Shown here piece by piece: positions 51,377 to 60,604 of a stretch of DNA of 64,000 bases. The DNA is from Myxococcota bacterium (lineage in GTDB: Bacteria > Myxococcota_A > Bradymonadia > UBA7976 > UBA1532). Each line of letters begins with the position of its first letter. Within the stretch, counting starts at the first letter, position 1. The notes below the pieces were generated by a model. The model was given only the letters and a program-made list of their open reading frames with translations, had not been told where the DNA came from and searched no databases. Where the stretch lies: contig JAYZEG010000011.1 in the NCBI GenBank assembly GCA_036337435.1, positions 32,001-96,000 on the forward strand, given 5' to 3'. Both the position numbers and the translations under genes were made by a program.

Positions 51377-51967
51377 CTATTCGTCGTCGTTTGCAGGGAG
51401 GCTGATTACGGTTTCAAGCGCATGTAACCTGCCGTTTGTCGCAACGATGTCTGCTTCTAAAACTTTCGAATTCCCGATGAGAACCTCACCATCGGCCGAT
51501 GGAGAAATGTCCACCGCTCGACCAATCATTTCAACTTCGGTCACTTGTGCTAAGTCGCTCGTTGAGTAGTCGCCTTCTGCGACGTGAGTCAGAATGAACT
51601 CATGCAGGTAATTTTGGTCGGTTCGAATCTCTTCGAGCAGGGTTTCTGGCATTGCTTGCACCGCGGAATTAATCGGGACGAATACAGTAAATGGTCCAGG
51701 GCTGCGCATTGCATCGAGCAGACCGATTAAATTGACCAGCTCCAGGACCTCGGAAAAACGTGGATCGGTCTCCAAGATCTCAGCGATGGTTTGGGTTGGC
51801 TCCGTTGGGATTGTATCTGCATTGTTGGCCATATTGTCTAGTTGGGGACCCGAGCTGCTCATTTGCCCTTCATTCGTCGGTGCGTTCTCGGATGTTGATT
51901 CTTCTCCGCAGCCGGTCAGAAGGCCAGTGAACAAGACGGTGACCAAAAGGATTCTAGATGTCTTCAT
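51377..51967 (-). CDS. Fasciclin (FAS1) domain lipoprotein
   Basis: Lipobox LTGC; GPFTVFVP.N; ADIVATNGRLH. Confidence 0.9.
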   Translation of the reverse strand: MKTSRILLVTVLFTGLLTGCGEESTSENAPTNEGQMSSSGPQLDNMANNADTIPTEPTQTIAEILETDPRFSEVLELVNLIGLLDAMRSPGPFTVFVPINSAVQAMPETLLEEIRTDQNYLHEFILTHVAEGDYSTSDLAQVTEVEMIGRAVDISPSADGEVLIGNSKVLEADIVATNGRLHALETVISLPANDDE

Positions 51968-52001
51968 GTTTTAATCTCTCAAAATTGGGGGAATTGGGGA
52001 C

Positions 52002-53183
52002 CTAATTGGCCGTCGCGAGCTTTGCTTCGACAACCTGCGCAATGGAACGAGTTTTGTGAATCGCAACGAGTTCAAGACCAGCCGCATTGAGCAGGCTCTC
52101 AAATTCCGCTGGAGTACGCTCTTTACCCGCAAACATAGTCATCATCAGGAGGTCGATAGTCGTTCGTCCTCGTTCCATGTTTGACCGTTGTTTGTTAGCG
52201 GCACGACCCAGCTCGATCAAAATAATACGACTGTCTTGACTGGTCATTGCTGAAGCCAGGTTCGTTAAGATCTGCTCGCACTTTGAATCAGACCAATCGT
52301 GCAGAATGTTTCTCAGAACAAAGGCTGCACCGGCTCCGATTTTAGGAATTGTATCGTGATCGAAGAAGTCGCCACTCTGAAAGTTTAAGCGCCCTGACGA
52401 ATTTTCGCGATGATCGGATAGTGCACGCTTGCTCTCCTCAATGACTTTGGGGAGGTCAAAGATGGTTGCATTGAGTTTCGTATACTTGTCCATCAACGGG
52501 AGAATAAAGGACCCTTGCGACCCGCCAATATCGATCACGCTGTCAAAACGAGACCAGCTGAAGTCGTCCATGACCGCGCGATCTGTAAAGGCGCTGCTGG
52601 CTGTCATCGCATTCGCAAATTGAGCATGACTCGTGGGTCTCGCCTCCAGGTAATCAGAGAAGAAATCCATGCCGGGTTGCTCATGGTACAGCTCAAAAGC
52701 TGATGCTTGCGAATTTAAGGCGTCCAATAGACGTGTCGAAGGCCCGTAGCAATCTTCGACCCAGTGAAAGAGTAATGGACGAATCGTATTTGGATGACTC
52801 TGGATTAAGACTTCGGTTTTTGCTGTGTTCATCCACCGCGCAGTCCCCATAGACCGTACTATTTTGAAGTACCCCTGCTGACAAAGGGCGTGCATCAAAC
52901 GTTCGATCCGATCAGGACAGGCATCCACTGTGTTTGCGATCTCTGCACTGGTCAGGGCGCGGCGATGGAGCATCTCAGGGATATTTAACTTTGCGACGGC
53001 ATACATCCACTGTGGCAGCATGAACATAGATGCATCCATGAGAGCCTGAACGGGGGCGGGCCGAAATCCGAGCCAGTTTAAAAATCGAAACAGCCACTTC
53101 GGTGGTAACCAGCGTAACTGATCTCGGAACGCTAGCGGTTGGCTGTCGGACCCAGACGGATCGATTTTCGAGGTGGTTAACAC
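52002..53183 (-). CDS. Dimerisation-domain O-methyltransferase (ASMT/COMT/CrtF-like)
   Basis: IDIGGSQG, GDFF, LRNILHDWSD, DLLM...GKERT. Confidence 0.9.
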   Translation of the reverse strand: MLTTSKIDPSGSDSQPLAFRDQLRWLPPKWLFRFLNWLGFRPAPVQALMDASMFMLPQWMYAVAKLNIPEMLHRRALTSAEIANTVDACPDRIERLMHALCQQGYFKIVRSMGTARWMNTAKTEVLIQSHPNTIRPLLFHWVEDCYGPSTRLLDALNSQASAFELYHEQPGMDFFSDYLEARPTSHAQFANAMTASSAFTDRAVMDDFSWSRFDSVIDIGGSQGSFILPLMDKYTKLNATIFDLPKVIEESKRALSDHRENSSGRLNFQSGDFFDHDTIPKIGAGAAFVLRNILHDWSDSKCEQILTNLASAMTSQDSRIILIELGRAANKQRSNMERGRTTIDLLMMTMFAGKERTPAEFESLLNAAGLELVAIHKTRSIAQVVEAKLATAN

Positions 53184-53307
53184 TGGCTTGACTATCCTTG
53201 TGGGTCAGCATGAGGCCCGGGCGACGAATCTAATATTGGCCGTCAGCGGTGGCTGGTTTGTCGGTCACACCGCTGACATCCAATGGGTCTTTTTGGTCGC
53301 CGACCGC

Positions 53308-54039
53308 CTACTCTTGGGGTGGGCCATTCTCGCAGACATCAGCGAAGGTCGCGTCCACAGTCCGTGCCAGCCCGATAAGTATTCCGCACATGGTCTGTGT
53401 GCAGATAAGACCAGCTTGACCGCATTGGTCCTGAACGCAGCCTTCGTACAAAGGAATGTAACTGTCGTCTCCCAAGGGGTCGCATTGCTCGATAGCGCAG
53501 GCTGCAAAGAACGCACAAGCGGCGGCGCATTGTTCGTCACCGCCACCGGGACATTCAGGGCCGGCTGCTGGTGGAGCCGTATCGCATGCGACGCCGCATT
53601 CACCGTCGATGCACGTTGCTTCACAGCGAGGAACGGTCGAGCCAGCACAATCTGATGCAGCTACACATTCAGGCATTGGACCACCGGCCCCGCCTTCAGC
53701 ACCCGCACCACCGGCACCACCCTCGGCACCGGCACCACCCGTGCCACCGACTGCACCCGTTCCACCAGCACCGCCTTCAGCACCAGCACCGCCAGCACCA
53801 CCGATTGCACCAGTACCGCCAGCACCGCCCTCGGCACCAGCACCGCCAGCACCGCCAGCACCACCGGCACCACCGGCACCACCGGCACCACCGACCGCAC
53901 CGGCACCACCGGCACCACCTACTGCACCCGTACCACCAGCACCGCCGAAGTTATTGGTATCATCGGATGAACTGTCGCTCTCGCCGCCACAGGCAGCCAG
54001 AACTAAACTCAAAATAAAATAAACGCCTTGCTTCTTCAT
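53308..54039 (-). CDS. Lipoprotein with Gly-rich linker and Cys-rich C-terminus
   Basis: Lipobox LAAC; GAGGAGAEG repeats; many Cys in the C-terminal half. Confidence 0.8.
   Translation of the reverse strand: MKKQGVYFILSLVLAACGGESDSSSDDTNNFGGAGGTGAVGGAGGAGAVGGAGGAGGAGGAGGAGGAGAEGGAGGTGAIGGAGGAGAEGGAGGTGAVGGTGGAGAEGGAGGAGAEGGAGGPMPECVAASDCAGSTVPRCEATCIDGECGVACDTAPPAAGPECPGGGDEQCAAACAFFAACAIEQCDPLGDDSYIPLYEGCVQDQCGQAGLICTQTMCGILIGLARTVDATFADVCENGPPQE
53684..53948 (-). repeat. Coding Gly/Ala-rich repeat, same unit as 32318..32530
   Basis: gcaccacc/gcaccgcc arrays on the + strand. Confidence 0.88.
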
Positions 54040-54120
54040 TGCTTCCTTCTTTCAAACAGGCTTTCTGTGTTGCGATGTGTAACGCATCGATTATTCGTCG
54101 TCGGCGCTTGTAGCCGAAAT

Positions 54121-55419
54121 TTAACTTAAGTCCAAGGTTCTTGTTGCACCACTTTGCTCATGACCCAGCGCTCGCGCAGTGTTTTCGAGCCGATTTTGTC
54201 CTTGGCTGCGCAGCGGCATAACCAGTCCTGCTAAGAAAGCTGGGACATGCTGCAAAGGGAGTTTCCAGACTGCGCGTTTACCCATATTGGCTTCGAGAAA
54301 ATGAGTGAGCAGTCCCGGGCTACGTGATAACCCGCGGATCGCCAACCGTCTTAGGAGGGGCACTCTCGCCAACACGAGTGCCAGCTTGACCATGCGTACA
54401 CTTTTCCAGTAAATCCGAAAAATGCGCCGGCCAAGACCGCTTAGGTCATCCGCACCTAATCGATTGGTTCGCACCAATATTGGGAGCTCATGTGCTACAA
54501 CCTCTGCCTGCTGTAATGCCACGGAAAGGCCCTCTCCCGTGATGCCGTCCACGTAGCCCAGGGCATCACCCAACAGAATAGTTCGATCTTGGGTTGCAAC
54601 CTTTGCTTGGACTGCCAGTGGGCCCGTTGCTTGTTGATTAGATACGGTCTTACATCCGCTCACTCGTCTTTCTAGTTGGGGAAAGTTCTTTAACAGAACG
54701 GACATCAGATTTCGTCCAGCTCGGGCCGGTTTAAAACGTGATTTATCCCAAAGAAATGCGACTTCGACACGACTTTCAGACGAGGGTGTAACGTAAGCTT
54801 CTATTCCATTTGACCAATACACTTCGACGTGATTTGTCCACGGAGTAACCTGAAAGTGTTGGCGCGCGCCCCAACGCTTGTCCCTCACCGCTGGAGAACC
54901 GTCGAGTTTCAATAGTTTCCTGACTTTCGAATTTCGGCCGTCTGCACCGATCACGACAGCGGCTTTCATTCCGAACTGGCCGTCGATACCGCGAAGTTTT
55001 ATATCAACATGGGATTCGAATGATTCGATAGCCAGAAGCTGAGTCGACTCCATCAGGGTTACGTAAGGGCTGTCTTGGGCCGCCTTGTAAAGTGCATCGC
55101 TCAGTCCTGTTCTACGAATGCCATAACCAACCCCGCTGTCGAAGTTTGCTTGCGCGATCGCACCTTGGTCACAAATCCAGCGTATGCCATAAAATGCCCG
55201 GAGTGAATCATGATCGATCTGTTCGAAGATCCCCATTCGGTCTAGCGTTTCGACGCCACAAGGCATCAGGCCTTCGCCACAAACTTTATCGATTGGCCAT
55301 TGCTTCTTGTCGACAACCGTTACGAACAGCCGCCTTTTCGCGAGGGCTATCGCACAGGCGAGCCCGGCAGGACCGCCTCCGACGATGACAACATCCACTT
55401 TTCGTTGGGTAAGACTCAT
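54121..55419 (-). CDS. FAD-dependent monooxygenase (FtpE/SrsC-like)
   Basis: VGGGPAG, DKVCGEGLMP, IGADG, LGDA.GYVD.ITGEG. Confidence 0.88.
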   Translation of the reverse strand: MSLTQRKVDVVIVGGGPAGLACAIALAKRRLFVTVVDKKQWPIDKVCGEGLMPCGVETLDRMGIFEQIDHDSLRAFYGIRWICDQGAIAQANFDSGVGYGIRRTGLSDALYKAAQDSPYVTLMESTQLLAIESFESHVDIKLRGIDGQFGMKAAVVIGADGRNSKVRKLLKLDGSPAVRDKRWGARQHFQVTPWTNHVEVYWSNGIEAYVTPSSESRVEVAFLWDKSRFKPARAGRNLMSVLLKNFPQLERRVSGCKTVSNQQATGPLAVQAKVATQDRTILLGDALGYVDGITGEGLSVALQQAEVVAHELPILVRTNRLGADDLSGLGRRIFRIYWKSVRMVKLALVLARVPLLRRLAIRGLSRSPGLLTHFLEANMGKRAVWKLPLQHVPAFLAGLVMPLRSQGQNRLENTARALGHEQSGATRTLDLS

Positions 55420-55423
55420 GGAA

Positions 55424-57187
55424 TCACCGCGTTCGCTCGACAAGCCTGATGTGGCTTGCTCGATGTCGAATGTGTTGAACCAAACCACTGCCCATCTCTT
55501 TGAGGATGAGCCCACGGGTTACTTTTTTTCCAGCACTTAAGGTGCCGTTAAGCCAGCAACTTCGCGCTTCGCTGCGCCTAATTTTACCCGATGAGGTTCG
55601 TGGTAATGTGCCGGGGTCAAGTAATTCGAATTCGGATACGGACAGACCCACGCCGGCCTGAACCGCTGCAATGGCTTCATTGACCACGGCGTCTGCATCC
55701 ACATGCTCTCGCCCTTTTTCGGCCAGCAGAATCAATCGCTCACTACCGGCCTGCTCGTCATGAACTCCAAAAGCAGCGACACAACCAGGTCGAATTCCAT
55801 CAAGACCATCCAGGGATTGTTCGACGAGTGCGGGGTCATGATTTCGACCGTTTATGATGACGATGTCCTTTTCGCGACCGCACAGATACAGCTCGCCATT
55901 CAGAATGAAGCCTGTGTCTCCCGTATCGAGCCAGCCATCCTCGTCCAACGTCTCAGCGGTCGCATCCGGTCGGTTGAGGTAGCATTGCATGACGCCCGGA
56001 CTCTTCACGTGGACACGTCCGACTCGTGCGTCCGAGAGTTTGGCTCCGTCGCCGTTGCGAACTTCGATAGAGCAGCCGGCGAGTGGTTTACCGAGGGATG
56101 GAATTTGGCGACCGTCCGCCGTGATTTCCGCGATCCCTGATTGTTCCAACCGGTCTGCATCGAAATGGGTCCATTGTGGCTTCTGGTTGGGTTCTGAAAA
56201 GGTGACGGCCAGCGTCGCTTCCGCAAGGCCATAAACGGGCGTGATTGCGGTCGAGTCGAAGCCGACAGCCGAGAATCGACTTGAAAACTCCTCCAGGGTT
56301 CGCGGATGAACTGGCTCTGCTCCACACAGCGCCACTTTCCAGTTCGCTAGATCGAGGCCATCCAAATCGCAATCACGGGTCTTGTTCGCTGTGAGTCCGA
56401 AAGCAAAATTGGGAGCCACCGATATTGTCGCCTGGCTTTCAGACAGAGCTTGGAGCCAACGAACCGGTTTGGTCACAAACCGTTCTGGACCGAGCAGGGT
56501 CAGTGGCGATGAACTCACAACGGCCGAAATCATACAGCCAACGAGCCCCATGTCATGATAGAGCGGCAACCAACTGACACCGCTCCGTTCATCAGCGGCA
56601 ACCGGTAGGGCGTCTAAAATGGCGCGCGCGTTGTACAGGATGTTTTCATGGCTGAGAGCCACCGGTTTCGGATCACCGGTGCTGCCGGAGCTGAACTGGA
56701 TGGCTGCAATATCTGCGGCGGGTGCAGTCGGCGTGTATCCAACATGGCCATTTTTCTGCAGCTGCGCCACAGTGTGACAGCCGAGTTTTGGATCCGCCAT
56801 TCGCACAGGGGTCCCCAAAAGGGGCATCAACCGCTTATCGGTCAAAACGGCAGCGCACTCTACTGAAACCAGCATCTTTGCCGTGCGAATCTTCCACTCT
56901 TCGACTTTACCCAGTCGCGCTGGTGGATAGAGCGCCGTCGGCACCCCACCGGCAATGCAAACGCCGAAGAACGCTGCATAGAATTCTGGACCGGTGCCGA
57001 GAACAATGGCCACGGTGTCTTTAGGCTTTAGACCGCGATGGACCAAACTGTCTGCAACGGCGCGTGCGCTTTGCATTAAAATTTCGTAGCGATAAAACTG
57101 TGACCGGCCCGGATCAGACCAAAAGGTTACGCCGCTGACCCCCAGACTGGCTCGCTCTAAAGCTTGAATCAGCGTGTCAGCTTGCAT
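55424..57187 (-). CDS. Fatty acyl-AMP ligase (FtpD-like)
   Basis: QFSSGSTGDPK, SWLPLYHDMGL, PVYGLAEATL, WLDTGD, GR.KD, LPRTSSGK. Confidence 0.93.
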   Translation of the reverse strand: MQADTLIQALERASLGVSGVTFWSDPGRSQFYRYEILMQSARAVADSLVHRGLKPKDTVAIVLGTGPEFYAAFFGVCIAGGVPTALYPPARLGKVEEWKIRTAKMLVSVECAAVLTDKRLMPLLGTPVRMADPKLGCHTVAQLQKNGHVGYTPTAPAADIAAIQFSSGSTGDPKPVALSHENILYNARAILDALPVAADERSGVSWLPLYHDMGLVGCMISAVVSSSPLTLLGPERFVTKPVRWLQALSESQATISVAPNFAFGLTANKTRDCDLDGLDLANWKVALCGAEPVHPRTLEEFSSRFSAVGFDSTAITPVYGLAEATLAVTFSEPNQKPQWTHFDADRLEQSGIAEITADGRQIPSLGKPLAGCSIEVRNGDGAKLSDARVGRVHVKSPGVMQCYLNRPDATAETLDEDGWLDTGDTGFILNGELYLCGREKDIVIINGRNHDPALVEQSLDGLDGIRPGCVAAFGVHDEQAGSERLILLAEKGREHVDADAVVNEAIAAVQAGVGLSVSEFELLDPGTLPRTSSGKIRRSEARSCWLNGTLSAGKKVTRGLILKEMGSGLVQHIRHRASHIRLVERTR

Positions 57188-57440
57188 CTCGCATCTCCGA
57201 CTGTCGGTATAAAATAAGGCGCGCGATATCGTCGACAGTTTCGGGTGGATTATCTGCATCTTCACCCAGATACATTTCGAATTCGTTCTCTAATTCGAGG
57301 GCCAAACTCAGGAGACCGACACTATCCAATCCGAGATCAGCTTGTAGCCTCGCCTTTGGTCCCACCAAGCTTCGCTCCACCCCGCAGTGTTCTTCGAGTA
57401 TGTTTTTGATAACCATCAGGCAATCGGCATAGGTACTCAT
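57177..57440 (-). CDS. Acyl carrier protein (FtpC-like)
   Basis: DLGLDSV phosphopantetheine site; acidic; 87 aa; overlaps both neighbours. Confidence 0.92.
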   Translation of the reverse strand: MSTYADCLMVIKNILEEHCGVERSLVGPKARLQADLGLDSVGLLSLALELENEFEMYLGEDADNPPETVDDIARLILYRQSEMRDAS

Positions 57441-58015
57441 GACGTCCGTCCAATCGGTAAAAAGCGATTTTTATTTTCAAACGTTGCCTCATAATTATTA
57501 AGTCGGCTGAGTTCTCTCTCTTCCGTTCGGATGCGCACCAGTAGCAACCATGCGTTTGCGATGCTGAAAACAGCGGCCGTAATCCAGCCATTGAAAATAA
57601 GTGGAAGAGCCGCGATCTCGAGTACAACCCCTAAATAATTGGGGTGTCGGATGAATCGGAAGATGCCCTCGTTAACGACTCGAGCGTGAGGCAACACAAT
57701 GATCCGTGTGGTCCATCGAGGGCCTAGCGTTTTAATGGCGATCAGCCGCAGCGCTTGACCCGCAATGAGCAAAGCGAGTCCCGTGACAACGAGAAAGACC
57801 GGTGGGGTTTGATTTCGCCATAGTGCTTCACCAACGCAGGCGAAAAGCCAAATGGTATGAAGGCTTGCCATCACAGGGTAGTGTCCTGACCCGACCTCGA
57901 TTGCACCTTGTTCCAAAAGGCGCTTCGTATTGTGTTTTGACAAGCGCAGTTCAAGTAACCGCTGGACCGAAACGACCAGGACGAGTCCGATGTATAGTGT
58001 CGTGCTTGCAATCAT
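57437..58015 (-). CDS. Isoprenylcysteine carboxyl methyltransferase family protein (FtpB/SrsB/BpsB-like)
   Basis: QRLLEL..S..N, HY..M...H, LG.RWTTRI, RHPNY, RI..EE. Confidence 0.92.
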   Translation of the reverse strand: MIASTTLYIGLVLVVSVQRLLELRLSKHNTKRLLEQGAIEVGSGHYPVMASLHTIWLFACVGEALWRNQTPPVFLVVTGLALLIAGQALRLIAIKTLGPRWTTRIIVLPHARVVNEGIFRFIRHPNYLGVVLEIAALPLIFNGWITAAVFSIANAWLLLVRIRTEERELSRLNNYEATFENKNRFLPIGRTS

Positions 58016-59079
58016 CAGTGCACCGTTTCTAACAAATTAAGCTCTGCGCAAAAGGCCGGGCCCATCGCAGCCATCATGCCAACCGAGCCGGCCGGCGGTA
58101 GATTCTTCATGCGTTCTCTAAGTACGAATAAAACTGAGGACGAACTCATATTCCCGTACCGAGCCAAACTGTCCCAAGACAGCGCCAGCGCATCTTCATC
58201 CAGACCTAACGCAGTCTCCATCGCCTTCATCACTTTGGGGCCGCCTGGGTGGGCTACGAGGAAATCGGGTCTCGCTTGCTCTAGGCCGGAATCGGCCATC
58301 AGTGCCTCCACCTCGGATGGGAGTTCTTCCGCGACGATCTTGGGTACGTCGGGTGACAGGACGACTTTGAACCCGCTGTCAACAACGTCCCAGCCCATCA
58401 CCCGTTCAGTGTCCTGAAAGAACGCTGACCTTGGGTTAGACCATCTGAGCGGTGCTGTTGCAGCCAGTGGGTGTTCATCTCCAACCATCAAGACAGCCGC
58501 ACAGCCGTCACCAAACAGACCAGAGGCAACAATGTTGGCCACTGACAAATCCTGTTTCTGGAGTGTGAGCGAACACAGTTCCACGGAGACCAGCAACGCC
58601 GCTTGATCTGGATGCCCGTCCAGATAGTCACCGACGCGATTAATACCTGCGACACCGGCTAGACACCCTAAACCGAACAAGGGCATCCGCCGCGTGTCAC
58701 GCCGGAACGGGAGTTGATTCATGAGACGCGCATCTAAGCTGGGTACGGCGAGCCCCGTGACGGTGGTACTGACGATCGCGTCAATGTCACTTGCATCTAG
58801 GGCCGCTGCGTCAAGCACTTTAGCGACCGCTTCTGTTGCCATCGGAACGGCGGCTTTGACCCACGCGGTATTGAACGATCCAAAGCCGGATAGCTCCTGG
58901 TATGCTTCCAGGGGGATTGCCAAATGTCGGCCTCCGACGAGCACATTACGTTGGAAGTCAATGATGCGCTGCGGATTAAAATACCGTTCCCGCCAGTCCG
59001 CCATCAAAGCGTCTGTGAGTTGATCCTGATCATAATAGTGCGGTGCAAGGCTGCACTCGACGCTGTGTATGTACGGCAT
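58015..59079 (-). CDS. Type III polyketide synthase (FtpA/SrsA-like)
   Basis: Catalytic triad GLGCLAG, AHPGG, YGNMSS; VELCSL, LFGDG, MGP. Confidence 0.96.
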   Translation of the reverse strand: MPYIHSVECSLAPHYYDQDQLTDALMADWRERYFNPQRIIDFQRNVLVGGRHLAIPLEAYQELSGFGSFNTAWVKAAVPMATEAVAKVLDAAALDASDIDAIVSTTVTGLAVPSLDARLMNQLPFRRDTRRMPLFGLGCLAGVAGINRVGDYLDGHPDQAALLVSVELCSLTLQKQDLSVANIVASGLFGDGCAAVLMVGDEHPLAATAPLRWSNPRSAFFQDTERVMGWDVVDSGFKVVLSPDVPKIVAEELPSEVEALMADSGLEQARPDFLVAHPGGPKVMKAMETALGLDEDALALSWDSLARYGNMSSSSVLFVLRERMKNLPPAGSVGMMAAMGPAFCAELNLLETVH

Positions 59080-59162
59080 GGTCAGGATCTCCCCTCTTCA
59101 GTGGCAAAACCGAGAACGATGAAGCCGGACTGACCCCTGCTCCGAACCGATTTTCCGCATAT

Positions 59163-59229
59163 AATCTACCGTCCGGAAGATTAATTGTCAACATTTTGTC
59201 TAGGTTTAATGGATAAATCTATGCAAAAA
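59163..59229 (-). promoter_or_regulatory. sigma70 promoter of the PKS operon overlapped by CarH-type 11-bp direct repeats
   Basis: Minus strand TTGACA(59191-86)-17-TAGATT(59168-63); tandem AACCTAGACAA and AATGTTGACAA. Confidence 0.75.
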
Positions 59230-59316
59230 CCTGTTCGAAAAATTATTTAAGTTAGTTAACGCCGTGCCGTCCAACCCGACATCGGTTGGCAGGACGCATG
59301 CTCAAGTCATCGTATC

Positions 59317-60057
59317 TCAGCAACCGCCTTCGGTATTCAGCCTGAAAATTTTGGTTGCTATTCCTTGATACATGACAGAACTAAATGGTTGCTGCCCAAA
59401 TGTAAAACCGCCTTTCCATCCCACGGGACCAATTCCGGTTTTTCGTTCAATTTTTGCCCCATCTTTTCTGAGCCATGATTCTAACTCGTTGGGTTTAATA
59501 AACTTTTTCCAGTCATGGGTGCCTTTAGGAACCACCCCAATTAAATTTTCAGCAAGTGTAATCATGACAACTTTCGCTAAGAAAGTTCGGTTTATGCAGC
59601 TGAAGAAGAGCCGTCCGCCTGGTTTCAAAACGCGGAGTATTTCTGTCAGTACAACCCGTGGATCGTCGACATGGACGAGGACGTCTGTGCAGATGACCAG
59701 GTCGAACACCTCATCTCCGAAGGGGAGTTTTTCCGCTGCCCCAACTCGGTAGTCGACATGCAAACCATCCTGTTCAGCTTTGTTACGCGCTGCCTGAATG
59801 GCACCAGCTGCTGAATCGATACCGGTCACGTGGGCACCGGCCTTGGCGACCAGCGTGCTTAAAAAACCTCCGCCACAGCCGACATCCAATAGGTGCATGC
59901 CGAACGGGTCGACGAAACGCGACAGGTAGGCCATGCGAGGATGAGCCAGACGGCGTAAAGGGTCGAGTAGAGTGGCCTCTTCATCCCACCATGGATCCAC
60001 TTGATCGTAGATCGTGAGGTCATTTCGAATCACTTTTGGTTGGCGTATCATAGACAT
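59317..60057 (-). CDS. UbiG-like SAM-dependent O-methyltransferase
   Basis: NDL.IYD...WW, LDVGCGGG, GTHDWKKFIKP; start trimmed from the 409-aa ORF. Confidence 0.88.
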   Translation of the reverse strand: MSMIRQPKVIRNDLTIYDQVDPWWDEEATLLDPLRRLAHPRMAYLSRFVDPFGMHLLDVGCGGGFLSTLVAKAGAHVTGIDSAAGAIQAARNKAEQDGLHVDYRVGAAEKLPFGDEVFDLVICTDVLVHVDDPRVVLTEILRVLKPGGRLFFSCINRTFLAKVVMITLAENLIGVVPKGTHDWKKFIKPNELESWLRKDGAKIERKTGIGPVGWKGGFTFGQQPFSSVMYQGIATKIFRLNTEGGC

Positions 60058-60080
60058 CCGGTCGTGATAGAAAGTCGTGG

Positions 60081-60518
60081 TTAGTGAGTCGCGCGTCGGG
60101 CTAGGCTGGGTGCCCACAACCGCTCTGAGGTTTGTGCGGCAAGCCAGTTGCCCGTCGGTATAAAAGCGGCAAAGAATAATGTCATCGCGAGGGAGAAGTT
60201 TCGCTCTCCCAACAGCGTGTCGATGATGTTGCCCTGAAATGCAATCGATGTCTCGAAAGCGTATCCACAGATTTCCAGAAGGCCAAGTACCAGAAGTCCC
60301 CACAAATACTGGTCGAATGCGGGTTTCGTACGGCACACGATCGATGCAGGAATGAGGTAGAGACCGTAACACGTCAGAACCTGCCACCAGTTGGCAAACA
60401 TGGCTATTTCCGCGTATTGGCCAATGGCGTTCATTGTAAAGCCCAGGGGTATATAAACCACAACATAAGCCAGCAATAGTCGCTTGGGTACGTCTAGTCG
60501 GTCGATCACATTGCGCAT
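60081..60518 (-). CDS. Small integral membrane protein (about 4 TM)
   Basis: Hydrophobic segments; co-oriented and 23 nt upstream of the ubiG-like gene. Confidence 0.75.
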   Translation of the reverse strand: MRNVIDRLDVPKRLLLAYVVVYIPLGFTMNAIGQYAEIAMFANWWQVLTCYGLYLIPASIVCRTKPAFDQYLWGLLVLGLLEICGYAFETSIAFQGNIIDTLLGERNFSLAMTLFFAAFIPTGNWLAAQTSERLWAPSLARRATH

Positions 60519-60560
60519 GGGTCGCTCCACGAATCCGAAAGGACACACATTATACACATA

Positions 60561-60604
60561 AATCTACCAATTGGAAGGTTTTTGTTTACATTTTTGTCCA
60601 GATT
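60561..60604 (-). promoter_or_regulatory. Promoter/operator resembling the PKS promoter
   Basis: Minus strand AATCTGGACAA-A-AATGTAAACAA...CTTCC...GGTAGATT. Confidence 0.65.

Noticed and set aside
52002..53183. Calling the O-methyltransferase crtF and the island a carotenoid cluster
   Set aside because: No crtE/B/I/C/D in the window; family-level motifs do not establish the substrate
60058..60546. N-terminal extension of the 409-aa UbiG ORF
   Set aside because: Overlaps a more plausible 4-TM gene in another frame; UbiG similarity starts only near 60057
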